A DNA stretch of 64,000 bases from Aquabacterium sp. Lineage in GTDB: Bacteria; Pseudomonadota; Gammaproteobacteria; Burkholderiales; Burkholderiaceae_C. Where the stretch lies: the NCBI RefSeq assembly GCF_017994835.1, contig NZ_JAGOKC010000001.1, one strand, 5' to 3'. Shown here piece by piece: positions 20,492-30,717 of the stretch. Position numbers and translations under genes: made by a program. Position 1 is the first letter of the stretch; each line of letters starts with the position of its first letter. Under the pieces are notes generated by a model. That model saw only the letters and a list, made by a program, of their open reading frames with translations. It was not told the origin of the DNA and did not search any database.

Positions 20492-21145
20492 TCAGGCCGG
20501 GATGGCCGACTCGAAGGCCTGGATCAGCGCACGGATGGCATCGCGCTTGAGCTTGAGGGCGGCCTGGTTGACCACCAGACGCGAGCTGATGTCCATGATG
20601 TGCTCGACCTCGACCAGCTTGTTGGCCTTGAGGGTGTTGCCGGTGGACACCAGGTCGACGATGGCATCGGCCAGGCCGGTCAAGGGCGCCAACTCCATCG
20701 AGCCATACAGCTTGATCAAGTCCACGTGCACGCCCTTGTTGGCAAAGTGCTCGCGGGCGATGGTGGTGTACTTGGTCGCCACACGGATGCGCGAACCTTG
20801 CTTGACGGCGGCGGCGTAGTCGAAGTCGGCGCGCACGGCCACGCTCATGTGGCACTTGGCGATGTTGAGGTCGAGTGGCTGGTACAGGCCATCGTTGCCA
20901 CCGGCGCTGCCAGCGTGCTCGATGAGGATGTCCTTGCCGGCCACGCCGATGTCGGCACCGCCGTAGGCCACGTAGGTGGGCACGTCGGTGGCGCGCACCA
21001 ACACCACGCGCACGTCAGGGCGGTTGGTGTTGAGGATGAGCTTGCGGGTCTTTTCCGGGTCTTCGGTCACCTCGATGCCGGCGGCGGCCAGCAAGGGCAA
21101 GGTTTCTTCGAAGATGCGGCCTTTGGAAAGTGCGAGGGTGATCAT
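20492..21145 (-). CDS. hisG: ATP phosphoribosyltransferase (short form)
   Basis: [24 protein letters not shown]...[24 protein letters not shown]...[12 protein letters not shown]. Confidence 0.95.
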   Translation of the reverse strand: MITLALSKGRIFEETLPLLAAAGIEVTEDPEKTRKLILNTNRPDVRVVLVRATDVPTYVAYGGADIGVAGKDILIEHAGSAGGNDGLYQPLDLNIAKCHMSVAVRADFDYAAAVKQGSRIRVATKYTTIAREHFANKGVHVDLIKLYGSMELAPLTGLADAIVDLVSTGNTLKANKLVEVEHIMDISSRLVVNQAALKLKRDAIRALIQAFESAIPA

Positions 21146-21259
21146 GGCAAGGGTCTGGTCTGGTGCGTCGGCCCGATCAAGCGGACACCGCAGAACTGGC
21201 TTCGCCAGGCTGCTGGTGTCGCCCCCTTGAGGGGGCGCGCGAAGCGCGTAGGGGGTGGG

Positions 21260-22555
21260 TCATTTCTGACGGGTGATGTCGGCACCGATGCCGCGCAGCT
21301 TGGCTTCCATGCGGTCGTAGCCACGGTCAAGGTGGTAGATGCGGTCAACCAGGGTTTCGCCGTCGGCCACCAGGCCGGCGATCACGAGGCTGGCCGAGGC
21401 GCGCAGGTCGGTGGCCATGACGGTGGCACCCGACAACTGAGGCACGCCGGTGACCACCGCACTGCGGCCGTCCACCGTGATGTTGGCACCCAGGCGGATC
21501 AGCTCATTGACGTGCATGAAGCGGTTTTCAAAGATGGTCTCGTGGATCACCGCGCTGCCCTCGGCCACGCAGTCGAGCGCCATGAACTGGGCCTGCATGT
21601 CGGTGGGGAACGCGGGGTACTCGCTGGTGCGGAAACCCACGGCCTTCGGGCGGCTGCTGGCGGTCACGCGGATCCAGTCGGCGCCGGCCTCGATGCCCAC
21701 ACCGGCTTCGCGCAGTTTGTCGATGACGGCACCCAGGTGCTCGGCCTGTGCCTTGCGCAGGGTGACATCGCCACCGGCAGCGCCCACAGCGCACAGGAAG
21801 GTGCCGGCCTCGATGCGATCGGGGATGATCTGGTGGGCGTTCGCCTCGGTCAGGCCGTGCAGACGCTCGACACCCTGGATGCGGATGCGGCTGGTGCCCC
21901 GGCCTTCAATCTGGGCACCCATGGCCACCAGCAGGTCGACAAGGTCGGTGATTTCCGGCTCTTTCGCGGCGTTCTCCAGAATGGTCTCCCCCTCGGCCAG
22001 GGCGGCGGCCATCAGGAAGTTCTCGGTGCCTGTCACCGTGACCATGTCGGTGGTGATGCTGGCGCCCTTGAGGCGCGTGGGCTGGCCGTTGGCGTCCAGC
22101 GGCGTGCTGGCCTCGATGTAGCCGTGCGCCACCGTGATCTGCGCGCCCATGGCCTGCAGACCCTTGATGTGCTGATCGACCGGGCGCGAGCCGATGGCGC
22201 AGCCACCGGGCAGCGACACGCGCGCGCGGCCGAACCGTGCCAGCAGCGGGCCCAGCACCAGGATGGACGCCCGCATGGTCTTGACCAGCTCGTAGGGTGC
22301 CTCGGGGTTGGCCACCCCACCGGCGTCGAGCGTGACGAGGTCGGGGTTGTCCTCGTGGCGACGGGCGACCACACCCATGTTGGCCAGCAGCTTGAACGTG
22401 GTGGACACGTCCTGCAGCTGCGGCACGTTGGCCAGGGTCACCGGCTCGGCGCTCAACAGCGTGGCGCACAAGTCGGGCAAGGCGGCGTTCTTGGCGCCGG
22501 AGATCGTCACTTCGCCTTGGAGGCGACGACCGCCACGGATCAGGAGTTTGTCCAT
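21260..22555 (-). CDS. murA: UDP-N-acetylglucosamine 1-carboxyvinyltransferase
   Basis: [27 protein letters not shown]...[19 protein letters not shown]... I chose ATG 22555. The ORF track starts at 22582. Confidence 0.96.
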   Translation of the reverse strand: MDKLLIRGGRRLQGEVTISGAKNAALPDLCATLLSAEPVTLANVPQLQDVSTTFKLLANMGVVARRHEDNPDLVTLDAGGVANPEAPYELVKTMRASILVLGPLLARFGRARVSLPGGCAIGSRPVDQHIKGLQAMGAQITVAHGYIEASTPLDANGQPTRLKGASITTDMVTVTGTENFLMAAALAEGETILENAAKEPEITDLVDLLVAMGAQIEGRGTSRIRIQGVERLHGLTEANAHQIIPDRIEAGTFLCAVGAAGGDVTLRKAQAEHLGAVIDKLREAGVGIEAGADWIRVTASSRPKAVGFRTSEYPAFPTDMQAQFMALDCVAEGSAVIHETIFENRFMHVNELIRLGANITVDGRSAVVTGVPQLSGATVMATDLRASASLVIAGLVADGETLVDRIYHLDRGYDRMEAKLRGIGADITRQK

Positions 22556-22640
22556 GAAACACAGAGGGCGCGATGCCCCCACCGCAATGGAGGTCGCGCC
22601 TGAATTAGGGGTGACCGTGAAAAAACCGTGTGCAGCCGAC

Positions 22641-22886
22641 TCAGCTCTGCGCGGCCCACTCGGCGGGCGTCAGGGTCTTCATCGACAGCGCATGGATCTG
22701 CTCCCGCATTCTATCGCCGAGGGCCTGGTAAACGCGCTGATGGCGCATGACACGGCTCTTGCCTTCGAACTCGTCAGAGACGATGGTCGCAAAGAAGTGC
22801 TGTCCATCACCATCGACAGACAGATGGGTGCAGGGCAGACCTGCGGCGATGTAACGCTGGACTTCGTCGGGAGTGGGGTTGGACAT
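22641..22886 (-). CDS. ibaG: BolA/IbaG family protein
   Basis: An 81-aa protein: [57 protein letters not shown]. It occupies the conserved position upstream of murA. Confidence 0.85.
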   Translation of the reverse strand: MSNPTPDEVQRYIAAGLPCTHLSVDGDGQHFFATIVSDEFEGKSRVMRHQRVYQALGDRMREQIHALSMKTLTPAEWAAQS

Positions 22887-22911
22887 GCGCGACTTTCGGA
22901 CAAGGATGAAA

Positions 22912-23685
22912 TCAGTGACGGAGTTTGTAGCCGGTCTTGAGCAGGCGCAACGCCAGCAGGGACACCAGCGTGGTGGCAACACCCACCACCGCGAGGCTGA
23001 GCCAGGGACTGACGTCACTGACCCCGAAAAAGCCCCGGCGGAAACCGTCGATCAGGTAGAAAAAGGGGTTGAGGTGGGACACGCTGTGCCAGAAAGGTGG
23101 CAAAGAGTGCACCGAGTAAAACACGCCAGACAGGAAGGTCATGGGCACGATGGCGAAGTTCTGAAATGCAGCAAGTTGGTCAAACTTTTCCGCCCACAGC
23201 CCGGCGATCAAGCCCAACGCACCCAGCAACGTCCCTCCCAGCACAGCAAAAGTCAGCACCCAGACCGGTTCACGCACACCAGGCCAGGCAAACCAGCCCG
23301 CAACGGCGAACACACCCAGACCCACCACCAAACCCCGCACGAGCGAGGCACCGACATAAGCCACAAACCAGGCACGGTGCGACAGGGGGGTCAGCAAAAG
23401 GAACACGAGGTTGCCGGTGATCTTGCTCTGGATGAGCGAGGACGAGGCGTTGGCGAAGGCGTTCTGCAGCAGGCTCATCATCACCAGGCCGGGGATGAGG
23501 AAACTGGTATAGCGCACGCCGGGGAAAACCTCGACATGCTCTTCAAGCACATGACCAAAGATCAGCAGGTAAAGCATGCCGGTGAGCACCGGTGCGCCGA
23601 TGGTTTGAAACGAGACCTTCCAAAAACGCAGGACTTCCTTGATGAAGAGGGGGCGAACACCCTCGAATGACTGGGCCCAGCTCAT
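22912..23685 (-). CDS. ABC-2 type transporter permease
   Basis: A 257-aa six-TM protein, translationally coupled to the upstream ATPase by a 4-nt overlap. Confidence 0.88.
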   Translation of the reverse strand: MSWAQSFEGVRPLFIKEVLRFWKVSFQTIGAPVLTGMLYLLIFGHVLEEHVEVFPGVRYTSFLIPGLVMMSLLQNAFANASSSLIQSKITGNLVFLLLTPLSHRAWFVAYVGASLVRGLVVGLGVFAVAGWFAWPGVREPVWVLTFAVLGGTLLGALGLIAGLWAEKFDQLAAFQNFAIVPMTFLSGVFYSVHSLPPFWHSVSHLNPFFYLIDGFRRGFFGVSDVSPWLSLAVVGVATTLVSLLALRLLKTGYKLRH

Positions 23686-24599
23686 GCGACCGCTCCTTGC
23701 TGGCCATGCATGATGGCGAGGAAAACGTCCTCCAGATCGGCTCGCCCGAGTTCCAGGTCTTCAATCAGACAACCCGCCTCACGCAGACGCGCCAGCAGGG
23801 CTTCAACCTCGGCGGCGTCGCGAGCGGGCAGCTGCACCACCCGTCCAGTGATGCGGGCCTGTGCTGCCAGGTCAGCAGGCAAGGTGGCGTCGGTTTTGAA
23901 GCGCAGCATGGTGGAGGCAGTCCCGGCCAGCAGGGCCGAGGTGCGGTCCAGCGCAACGAGCGCGCCCTTTTTCAGCATGCCGATGCGGTGACACAGGGCT
24001 TCAGCCTCTTCCAGGTAATGGGTGGTGAGCAACACCGTGTGCCCTTCCTTGTTAAGGCGGGCCACGAAATGCCACAGGGTCTGGCGCAGTTCCACATCGA
24101 CCCCAGCGGTGGGCTCGTCCAGCACGATGACGGGGGGGCGGTGCACCAAGGCCTGCGCGACCAGCACACGACGTTTCATGCCGCCCGAGAGTTGCCGCAT
24201 GTTGACATCGGCTTTGTCGCTCAAACCCAGGTTGGACAGCAACTCGTCAATCCAGTCGTCGTTGCGCCGAATGCCGAAGTAGGCGCTTTGAATGCGCAGC
24301 GCTTCGCGAACCGAGAAGAAGGGGTCGAACACCAGCTCCTGGGGCACGACACCCAGGGCGCGACGGGCCTGGGCGTAATCGCTCACCACATCGTGACCCT
24401 GCACGGTGACCTGGCCAGAGGAAGCCCGGCTCAAGCCCGACAAAATGCTGATGAGCGTGGTTTTGCCTGCCCCGTTGGGGCCCAGCAAACCAAAAAACTC
24501 GCCTTCCTTGATGTCGAAACTGACATCTTGCAGGGCGCGCACGGTGCGCCCGCCTGAAGTGAAGGTTTTGGAGACGTGCTGAAAAATGACGGCGCTCAT
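23682..24599 (-). CDS. ABC transporter ATP-binding protein
   Basis: Walker A (GPNGAGKTT), signature (LSGGMKRR) and Walker B (VIVLDEPTAGVD) motifs are present. Confidence 0.93.
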   Translation of the reverse strand: MSAVIFQHVSKTFTSGGRTVRALQDVSFDIKEGEFFGLLGPNGAGKTTLISILSGLSRASSGQVTVQGHDVVSDYAQARRALGVVPQELVFDPFFSVREALRIQSAYFGIRRNDDWIDELLSNLGLSDKADVNMRQLSGGMKRRVLVAQALVHRPPVIVLDEPTAGVDVELRQTLWHFVARLNKEGHTVLLTTHYLEEAEALCHRIGMLKKGALVALDRTSALLAGTASTMLRFKTDATLPADLAAQARITGRVVQLPARDAAEVEALLARLREAGCLIEDLELGRADLEDVFLAIMHGQQGAVA

Positions 24600-24659
24600 G
24601 GAGGGGGCGATTCTAGGCCAGCACGGCCAAGCGTGCTCGCCACCCGTCCATGTCCGACT

Positions 24660-24974
24660 TCAGGCCTGGGGGCCAGACGCCTTTTCAACCATGCGGCTGA
24701 CGTTTTTGGCGATTTCAGCCTCGATCATGGGCTTGAAGGCCTTCATCATCAGACCGAGTTTGATGTTCACATCGAAACTGTTGGCCGTGACTTTCATGGT
24801 GCCATTGACGCCAGAGCGCTCGAAAGCGATCAGATCCTGATCGTCGCCTGCCTGGTGCTTGCAGGTCAGACCCATCTTCGCTGCAGCGCCGTCAGCCCAG
24901 CGCTGGGCCAGTTCACGAGCCTTGGGCAGACCGAGGTTATGGGATTGCTGAAACTGCACGTCGCTCATGAGCAT
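24660..24974 (-). CDS. Polyhydroxyalkanoic acid system family protein (small, uncharacterised)
   Basis: A 104-aa protein: MSDVQFQQSHNLGLPKARELAQRWADGAAAKMGLTCKH...NSFDVNIKLGLMMKAFKPMIEAEI. This matches my recollection of the PHA granule-region family. I cannot score it without a profile search. Confidence 0.6.
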   Translation of the reverse strand: MLMSDVQFQQSHNLGLPKARELAQRWADGAAAKMGLTCKHQAGDDQDLIAFERSGVNGTMKVTANSFDVNIKLGLMMKAFKPMIEAEIAKNVSRMVEKASGPQA

Positions 24975-25137
24975 CCTTAAATAAAGGTGATGGGATCAAG
25001 GGCTGGACTATAAATAGCTGACACGCCCAGTCAAGCCCCAAACTCGGGCATTGGGCATTTGTCAGACAATCTTCCCCCTTGATGAGGGGTCTTTTCGGAC
25101 AGGTAAGATGGGCACAGACCATTATTGCGGTGAGCCC

Positions 25138-26355
25138 ATGTCCAGTCCCGAGGCCGTTTCCCCTTCGCTTGTTCTGCCTGAATTGCTGGCACAAAGCGAT
25201 GCCATGCGTGTGTTGCGCCGCGACATTCACGCCCACCCGGAGTTGTGCTTTCAAGAGGAGCGCACCTCAGAGATGGTTGCCCGCACACTGCAAGCCTGGG
25301 GCATTGAGGTGCATCGGGGTTTGGCCCAAACCGGGGTGGTGGGTGTGATTCAGGGTCGGCCCGGCTCTCGCGCCATTGGCTTGCGCGCCGACATCGACGC
25401 CCTGCCCATGACAGAGCACAACCAGTTTGCCCACGCCAGCCGTCATCCAGGCCGCATGCACGCCTGCGGTCATGATGGGCACACGGCCATGCTGTTGTCA
25501 GCCGGACAGTACCTGGCCGCGCACCGCGATTTCGCTGGAACGGTGTATCTGGTGTTTCAACCCGCTGAGGAAGGCGGGGGGGGCGCACGCGAAATGATCA
25601 AGGGCGGCCTGTTCGAGCGTTTTCCGATGGACGCCATCTTCGGCATGCACAACTGGCCGGGTATGCCCACTGGCACCTTTGCCATCAAGGATGGTCCGTG
25701 CTTTGCATCCAGCAACGAGTTTCACATCACCATTCGCGGCAAAGGCAGCCACGGGGCCATGCCACACCTGGGTGTTGATCCGGTGCCGATTGCCTGTCAA
25801 TTGGTGCAGGCGTTTCAAACCATCGTGTCACGCAACCTGCGGCCGATCGAGACCGGTGTGATCTCGGTGACGATGATCCAGGCTGGCGAGGCGACCAACG
25901 TGATTCCGGAAGCCGTGACCTTGCAGGGTACGGTGCGCACGTTCACCACCGATGCGCTGGACCTGATCGAGACGCGGATGCGCGAGTTGAGTCAGCAGAT
26001 GAGCGCAGCCTTCGGTGCCACGACTGAATTCGAGTTTCAGCGCAATTACCCCCCCACGGTCAATCACAGCGCCGAGACCGCCTTTGCGCGCCAGGTCATG
26101 CTGGAAATGGTGGGGCAAGAGGGGGTGCAGGAGTTTGAGCCCACCATGGGGGCCGAGGACTTCAGCTATTTCCTGCAGCACAAGCCGGGTGCGTATTTTG
26201 TGATTGGCAATGGCGATGGCACACACCGCGAAGGTGGCCATGGCCTGGGGCCCTGCATGTTGCACAACCCAAGTTACGACTTCAACGACGAACTGATCCC
26301 TTTGGGGGGGAGCCTGTGGGTGAGGTTGGCGCAACGCTGGCTGGCTCAGCCCTGA
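25138..26355 (+). CDS. M20-family amidohydrolase (hippurate hydrolase / N-acyl-amino-acid amidohydrolase type)
   Basis: RRDIHAHPELCFQEERTSEMVARTLQAWGIEV...GLRADIDALPM...MHACGHDGHTAML... I chose ATG 25138. Confidence 0.88.
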   Translation: MSSPEAVSPSLVLPELLAQSDAMRVLRRDIHAHPELCFQEERTSEMVARTLQAWGIEVHRGLAQTGVVGVIQGRPGSRAIGLRADIDALPMTEHNQFAHASRHPGRMHACGHDGHTAMLLSAGQYLAAHRDFAGTVYLVFQPAEEGGGGAREMIKGGLFERFPMDAIFGMHNWPGMPTGTFAIKDGPCFASSNEFHITIRGKGSHGAMPHLGVDPVPIACQLVQAFQTIVSRNLRPIETGVISVTMIQAGEATNVIPEAVTLQGTVRTFTTDALDLIETRMRELSQQMSAAFGATTEFEFQRNYPPTVNHSAETAFARQVMLEMVGQEGVQEFEPTMGAEDFSYFLQHKPGAYFVIGNGDGTHREGGHGLGPCMLHNPSYDFNDELIPLGGSLWVRLAQRWLAQP

Positions 26356-26382
26356 CGCAGAGGGCAGACGGCAGCATCTGCC

Positions 26383-28137
26383 TCAACCTACCGCTCCGTT
26401 GTTGAGGTTGGTGACGCGGCGGGTGCGCTCGCGGTCAAGCACATGGCTCACCGTGGTTTCTGGCACGCCCAGGGCATCGAGCACGAAGGCGGACAGTTGC
26501 AAACCCGCTTCAACGGTTTCTGGAATCACCATGTTGGCACCGGCCGCCAGCAGGTCGCGGGCGTGTTTGGTATCACGCGAACGGGCAAAGATCTGCAACT
26601 GCGGGTACTCGCTGCGCACCGCACGCACGGTGGCAAGGGCAGCGGCTGGCTGGTCCATGGTGACCACAACGGCAGCGGCCTGCCCCACGTGCAGACGCTG
26701 CAGGAAGTCCGGTCGGGTTGCATTGCCATAGAACACCGGTTTGCCCTTGTTGCGCAAGCGGGCCACCACGTTGGCGTCTTGCTCGACGGCGACGAAGGAC
26801 ACGCCCTGGTCCAGCAACACTTCACCAATGAGTTGGCCCACACGGCCATAACCGGCCACCACCACCTGCCCGGTGCCGAGAGAGGGGATGGTTTCGAGCA
26901 TGCTCAGCGGGCTGACGGGAGGATGCTTTGCATCGAGCCGTGCGCCCAGCCACTGCCCCCACTGCGCCACCATGGGGGTGACGAACAGGGTCAGGCCGAC
27001 GACCAGCAGGACAAACTGCGCCATCTCGGCTGACAAGAGCTTGCTGGCGGCAGCCACGCCGACGACGATGAAGGCGAATTCACCGCCCTGCCCCAGCAGC
27101 AAGCCGGACTCGACCGAACGCCCCCAACTGAGCCCGCCCAAACGAAAAAGGACGGTGACCACAGAGGCCTTGATGAGGATCAGACCCACGACCGAGAGTG
27201 GCACCCACAGAAGATTGGCCATGATGGCGCGGGTGTCAATGCCCATGCCGACGGTCATGAAGAACAGGCCCATCAACAAACCCTTGAAGGGTTCGATGGT
27301 GACTTCAACTTCGTGACGGTATTCGGTTTCGGCCAGCAGCAGACCCGCCAGGAGCGCCCCCAGGGCCATGGACAAGCCTGCAGCCGCAGTGAGCCCGGCG
27401 ATGCTGAGGGTGGCCAGCAGGGTCAGGGCCATGAAAACATCGGACTGACGCTGGCGTGCGAAATTGCGGAACAGCGGGCGGATGACCTTGCGCCCGATCA
27501 CGAAGATCAGGACCACGGCAAGCACGGATTTGAGCAAGGTCGTGCCGGTGACCGTCCAGACATCGGAGGTGTTGCCGCGTGACAGCAGGTCGATGAGGAT
27601 GAGGACAGGCACGACCGCCAGATCCTGAAACATCAACACGGCAAAGACGGATTGCCCCATCGGCGTGGCCAGCGCTTCGCGTTGCGACAGAAGTTGCACG
27701 ACCACGGCAGTAGAGGAAAGGGACAGCACCATGCCGAGCACCATGGCTGCCTGCCAGGTGTTACCGAACGCCATGGCCAGCGTGCAAATGACTGTCGAGG
27801 ACAGCGCCACCTGCAAGACTCCAGCACCAAAAACCCAGTTCCGCATGGCCCACAGACGTTCGGCCGACAGTTCCAACCCGATCATGAACATGAGGAACAG
27901 GACGCCGATCTCGGCCAGCACCGTCACACCCTGGCGCTGTGGGAAGGTGAACTGTGCCAGCCAGGGCCAGGTGTCCACCCACAAACCCAGGCCGAAGGGA
28001 CCCACCACCAGTCCCACGCCCAAAAAGCCAAGCACCTGGTTGACTTTGAGGCGCTGCAGCAGTGGGATGAGCACACCCGCCAGCGTCAGGAAAAGCAGGG
28101 TTTCGCGCAGAAACGGCAGGCTGTGTTGTTCAGTCAT
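26383..28137 (-). CDS. CPA2-family cation:proton antiporter with a C-terminal RCK/TrkA-N domain (KefB/KefC-like)
   Basis: Multi-TM Na_H exchanger-like N-terminal part followed by a Rossmann motif (VVVAGYGRVGQLIGEVL). Confidence 0.88.
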   Translation of the reverse strand: MTEQHSLPFLRETLLFLTLAGVLIPLLQRLKVNQVLGFLGVGLVVGPFGLGLWVDTWPWLAQFTFPQRQGVTVLAEIGVLFLMFMIGLELSAERLWAMRNWVFGAGVLQVALSSTVICTLAMAFGNTWQAAMVLGMVLSLSSTAVVVQLLSQREALATPMGQSVFAVLMFQDLAVVPVLILIDLLSRGNTSDVWTVTGTTLLKSVLAVVLIFVIGRKVIRPLFRNFARQRQSDVFMALTLLATLSIAGLTAAAGLSMALGALLAGLLLAETEYRHEVEVTIEPFKGLLMGLFFMTVGMGIDTRAIMANLLWVPLSVVGLILIKASVVTVLFRLGGLSWGRSVESGLLLGQGGEFAFIVVGVAAASKLLSAEMAQFVLLVVGLTLFVTPMVAQWGQWLGARLDAKHPPVSPLSMLETIPSLGTGQVVVAGYGRVGQLIGEVLLDQGVSFVAVEQDANVVARLRNKGKPVFYGNATRPDFLQRLHVGQAAAVVVTMDQPAAALATVRAVRSEYPQLQIFARSRDTKHARDLLAAGANMVIPETVEAGLQLSAFVLDALGVPETTVSHVLDRERTRRVTNLNNGAVG

Positions 28138-28288
28138 GCACGGACCTTGTTTGCCCAACCCACACGCTGTGGGTGGTAATCACCCCCCTCACGGGACTCA
28201 AGCTGGCTGCGGAATGGGTCAACGGCGACATCATCTTTCGATTGTGCACCGGCGCAGGTCATGAACACTGCACGGACACCGTTATCCT

Positions 28289-30058
28289 GTGCGGATGTAC
28301 ACGTCATTCTTTGGCCTGACACAGCCACCTTTCTCGATTGCACCCGATCCGCGCTATCTCTACATGAGCGAGCGGCACCGCGAGGCCTTGGCGCACTTGC
28401 TCTATGGCGTGGAAGGGGGCGGGGGCTTCGTGCTGCTGACCGGCGAGATCGGAGCAGGCAAAACGACGGTGTGCCGTTGCTTTCTGGAGCAGGTGCCCAA
28501 GGGCTGCCATGTGGCCTACATCTTCAACCCGAAGTTGAATGTGCCGGAATTGTTGCAGACCATTTGCGAAGAATTCCGCCTGCCCGATGTCAGACCCGCA
28601 CAAGCCACTGCCGGGGTCAAGGAGAACATCGACCGGCTGAACGCCTGGTTGCTGCGCAATCATGCGGAGGGGCATCACAACGTCCTGATCATTGACGAGG
28701 CGCAGAATCTCTCGCTGGAGGTGCTGGAGCAATTGCGCCTGTTGACCAATCTGGAGACCAATGAGCGCAAGTTGCTGCAGATCATCCTGATCGGGCAACC
28801 GGAGTTGCGCGACATGCTCGAGCGCCCCGAGATGGAACAGTTGGCGCAACGGGTGATTGCGCGCTATCACCTCGATGCCCTGTCGGCCCCCGAAACCGCA
28901 CAGTACATCCGGCACAGGTTGAAGGTGGCCGGCCTGGCGCGCGGGCGACTGTTTGACAGCGAGACCGTGCGACGTGTGCACCGTTGGACGCGCGGGGTGC
29001 CGCGACGCATCAATTTGCTGTGTGACCGGGCGCTGCTGGGCGCTTACGCTGAAAACCAGTCGCAGGTGAGTGTGGAGATTGTGGACAAGGCGGCCTCGGA
29101 GGTGTTTCCACGCCAGGCGCGTCAGCGGGCACAGGCTGCTGCCAGTCCATCCAAAAAACAGACCCCTCCGAGTGAGGTCAGCCCACGTCACAATTTGATC
29201 TGGATGGCGCTGGTTCTGACAGGGGTGACGGGGCTGGGCGTGGCGCTGTGGCTGCATCAACAGTCGGGCGCACAGCTCAGTGTGCCCAAGACTGAAGTCA
29301 GGGTGCAGGGCAGCGTGGCACCCGCCTCTGGCGTGACGCGCACGCCTGACACGGCTGTCAGCACGCCATCGCTCGCACCGGCGCATACCGTGGTCGATGC
29401 CGCACAGTTGATGCAATTGGCCCTGGCCGATGAGAACACCGCCTTGCGCGAACTGGTGACGCTTTGGAAGGTGACCGATGCACGAGGGGATGTTTGTCAG
29501 AACGCCTGGCGGTACGGCCTGATGTGCCACGTTCAAAGCGGCGGCCTGGCGCAGATTCGCTTGCTGGATCGCCCGGTGGTGGTGCGCCTGCAGGCAGGTG
29601 CGCAGCTGAGTCATGTCTTGCTGACGGGGCTCGATGCCCGGCACGCTCATGTGCAGGCGGGCTCGCAGACCGTTGCGGTGCCGCTGAGCACGCTGGCCAC
29701 CTTGTGGCGGGGCGATTTTGTGACGCTATGGCAAACCCCGCCCGGCTACCGCGCCAAGCTGATGCAGGGACAGCGCAGTGCAGCTGTGGCCTGGGTGGCG
29801 ACACAATTGGCCCGTCTGGATGGGCGCGAACCACCTGCGGAGGGGGGGGAGGCCTTTGACGCAGCGCTGGAAGCCCAGGTACAAACCTTCCAGTTGTCAC
29901 AGGGTCTGGCACCCGATGGCGTGGTTGGTGCCACCACCCTGATGCAACTCAACCGCGCTATCGGCGTGCCTGAACCTCGTCTTACCGTGGCAGGGGGTTT
30001 CATGCCATCTGCACCTTCGTTGCCTGCCATGGAGTCTGCCCGTGTCCTACATCCTTGA
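28289..30058 (+). CDS. ExeA/GspA-like AAA ATPase with a C-terminal peptidoglycan-binding domain
   Basis: YTSFFGLTQPPFSIAPDPRYLYMSERHREALAHLLYGVEGGGGFVLLTGEIGAGKTT is followed by a central TM segment. The C-terminal LSQGLAPDGVVGATTLMQL is PG_binding_1-like. Confidence 0.85.
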   Translation: MRMYTSFFGLTQPPFSIAPDPRYLYMSERHREALAHLLYGVEGGGGFVLLTGEIGAGKTTVCRCFLEQVPKGCHVAYIFNPKLNVPELLQTICEEFRLPDVRPAQATAGVKENIDRLNAWLLRNHAEGHHNVLIIDEAQNLSLEVLEQLRLLTNLETNERKLLQIILIGQPELRDMLERPEMEQLAQRVIARYHLDALSAPETAQYIRHRLKVAGLARGRLFDSETVRRVHRWTRGVPRRINLLCDRALLGAYAENQSQVSVEIVDKAASEVFPRQARQRAQAAASPSKKQTPPSEVSPRHNLIWMALVLTGVTGLGVALWLHQQSGAQLSVPKTEVRVQGSVAPASGVTRTPDTAVSTPSLAPAHTVVDAAQLMQLALADENTALRELVTLWKVTDARGDVCQNAWRYGLMCHVQSGGLAQIRLLDRPVVVRLQAGAQLSHVLLTGLDARHAHVQAGSQTVAVPLSTLATLWRGDFVTLWQTPPGYRAKLMQGQRSAAVAWVATQLARLDGREPPAEGGEAFDAALEAQVQTFQLSQGLAPDGVVGATTLMQLNRAIGVPEPRLTVAGGFMPSAPSLPAMESARVLHP

Positions 30059-30692
30059 TGCCCTGAAAAAGGCCGACGCCGAACGTGAGCAAGGGCGTGT
30101 ACCCGGGTTGCACACACACGCGAGCGACATCGAAGCGGAGTTGGGACCGATCACGCGCATGCCGTCCCTGTGGGTGATGGGCCTGGGTGTGGGTCTGGTG
30201 TTGATGGCAGCAGGTGCAGTCTGGTTGGGGATGCGACCGAAGGGCGTGGAGACTGCGACGGCAACACAGCCTGTTGCGCCTGAACCTGCTCCTGCTCCTG
30301 TCCCAGCTCCCGTTCCTGCCCCGATGCCGGAGCCCGCCCCGGCACCGAGGGTCGCTGCAGCGCCACCACGCGCGGTGCAGTTACCTGCAGAGTCCGTCAC
30401 ACCACGCAAGGCGCTGCGAACGCCGATCCACGTGGACCCGGCTGCAACATCAGTGACATCCGAGAAAGTGCCAACCCTGGCAGAGTTGCCTCAAGAGGTG
30501 CGACGCACCTTGCCTACGTTGAGCGTGAGCGGGGCCATGTACTCAGACAGCCCGGCCAGCCGCATGCTGCTGATCAACAACCGCGTGTTCCACGAAGGCG
30601 ACCAGCCCGCTGCCGGATTGGTGCTGGAAGAAATTCGACTGAAGTCGGCGGTGTTCAACTATCGCGGAACACGCTACGCCGTCTCGTATTGA
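30042..30692 (+). CDS. GspB/ExeB-like protein
   Basis: The MSYILDALKKADAEREQG N-terminus is typical of GspB. It also has one TM segment and a Pro/Ala-rich linker, and overlaps the exeA-like gene by 17 nt. Confidence 0.78.
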   Translation: MSYILDALKKADAEREQGRVPGLHTHASDIEAELGPITRMPSLWVMGLGVGLVLMAAGAVWLGMRPKGVETATATQPVAPEPAPAPVPAPVPAPMPEPAPAPRVAAAPPRAVQLPAESVTPRKALRTPIHVDPAATSVTSEKVPTLAELPQEVRRTLPTLSVSGAMYSDSPASRMLLINNRVFHEGDQPAAGLVLEEIRLKSAVFNYRGTRYAVSY

Positions 30693-30717
30693 CGGCGTTG
30701 ACCGTGTGCATGGGCGT

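Noticed and set aside
20600-22603. 667-aa plus-strand ORF
   Set aside because: It is a shadow ORF opposite hisG and murA. It spans an intergenic region of the real genes and has low-complexity G/A/H/V/D-rich composition.
28304-29650. 448-aa minus-strand ORF
   Set aside because: It is antisense to the ExeA-like gene, with no motifs. It is a shadow ORF.
30270-30360. Pro/Ala-rich low-complexity DNA that looks like a micro-satellite
   Set aside because: It lies in frame within the GspB-like protein as a flexible linker. It is not an exact nucleotide repeat.
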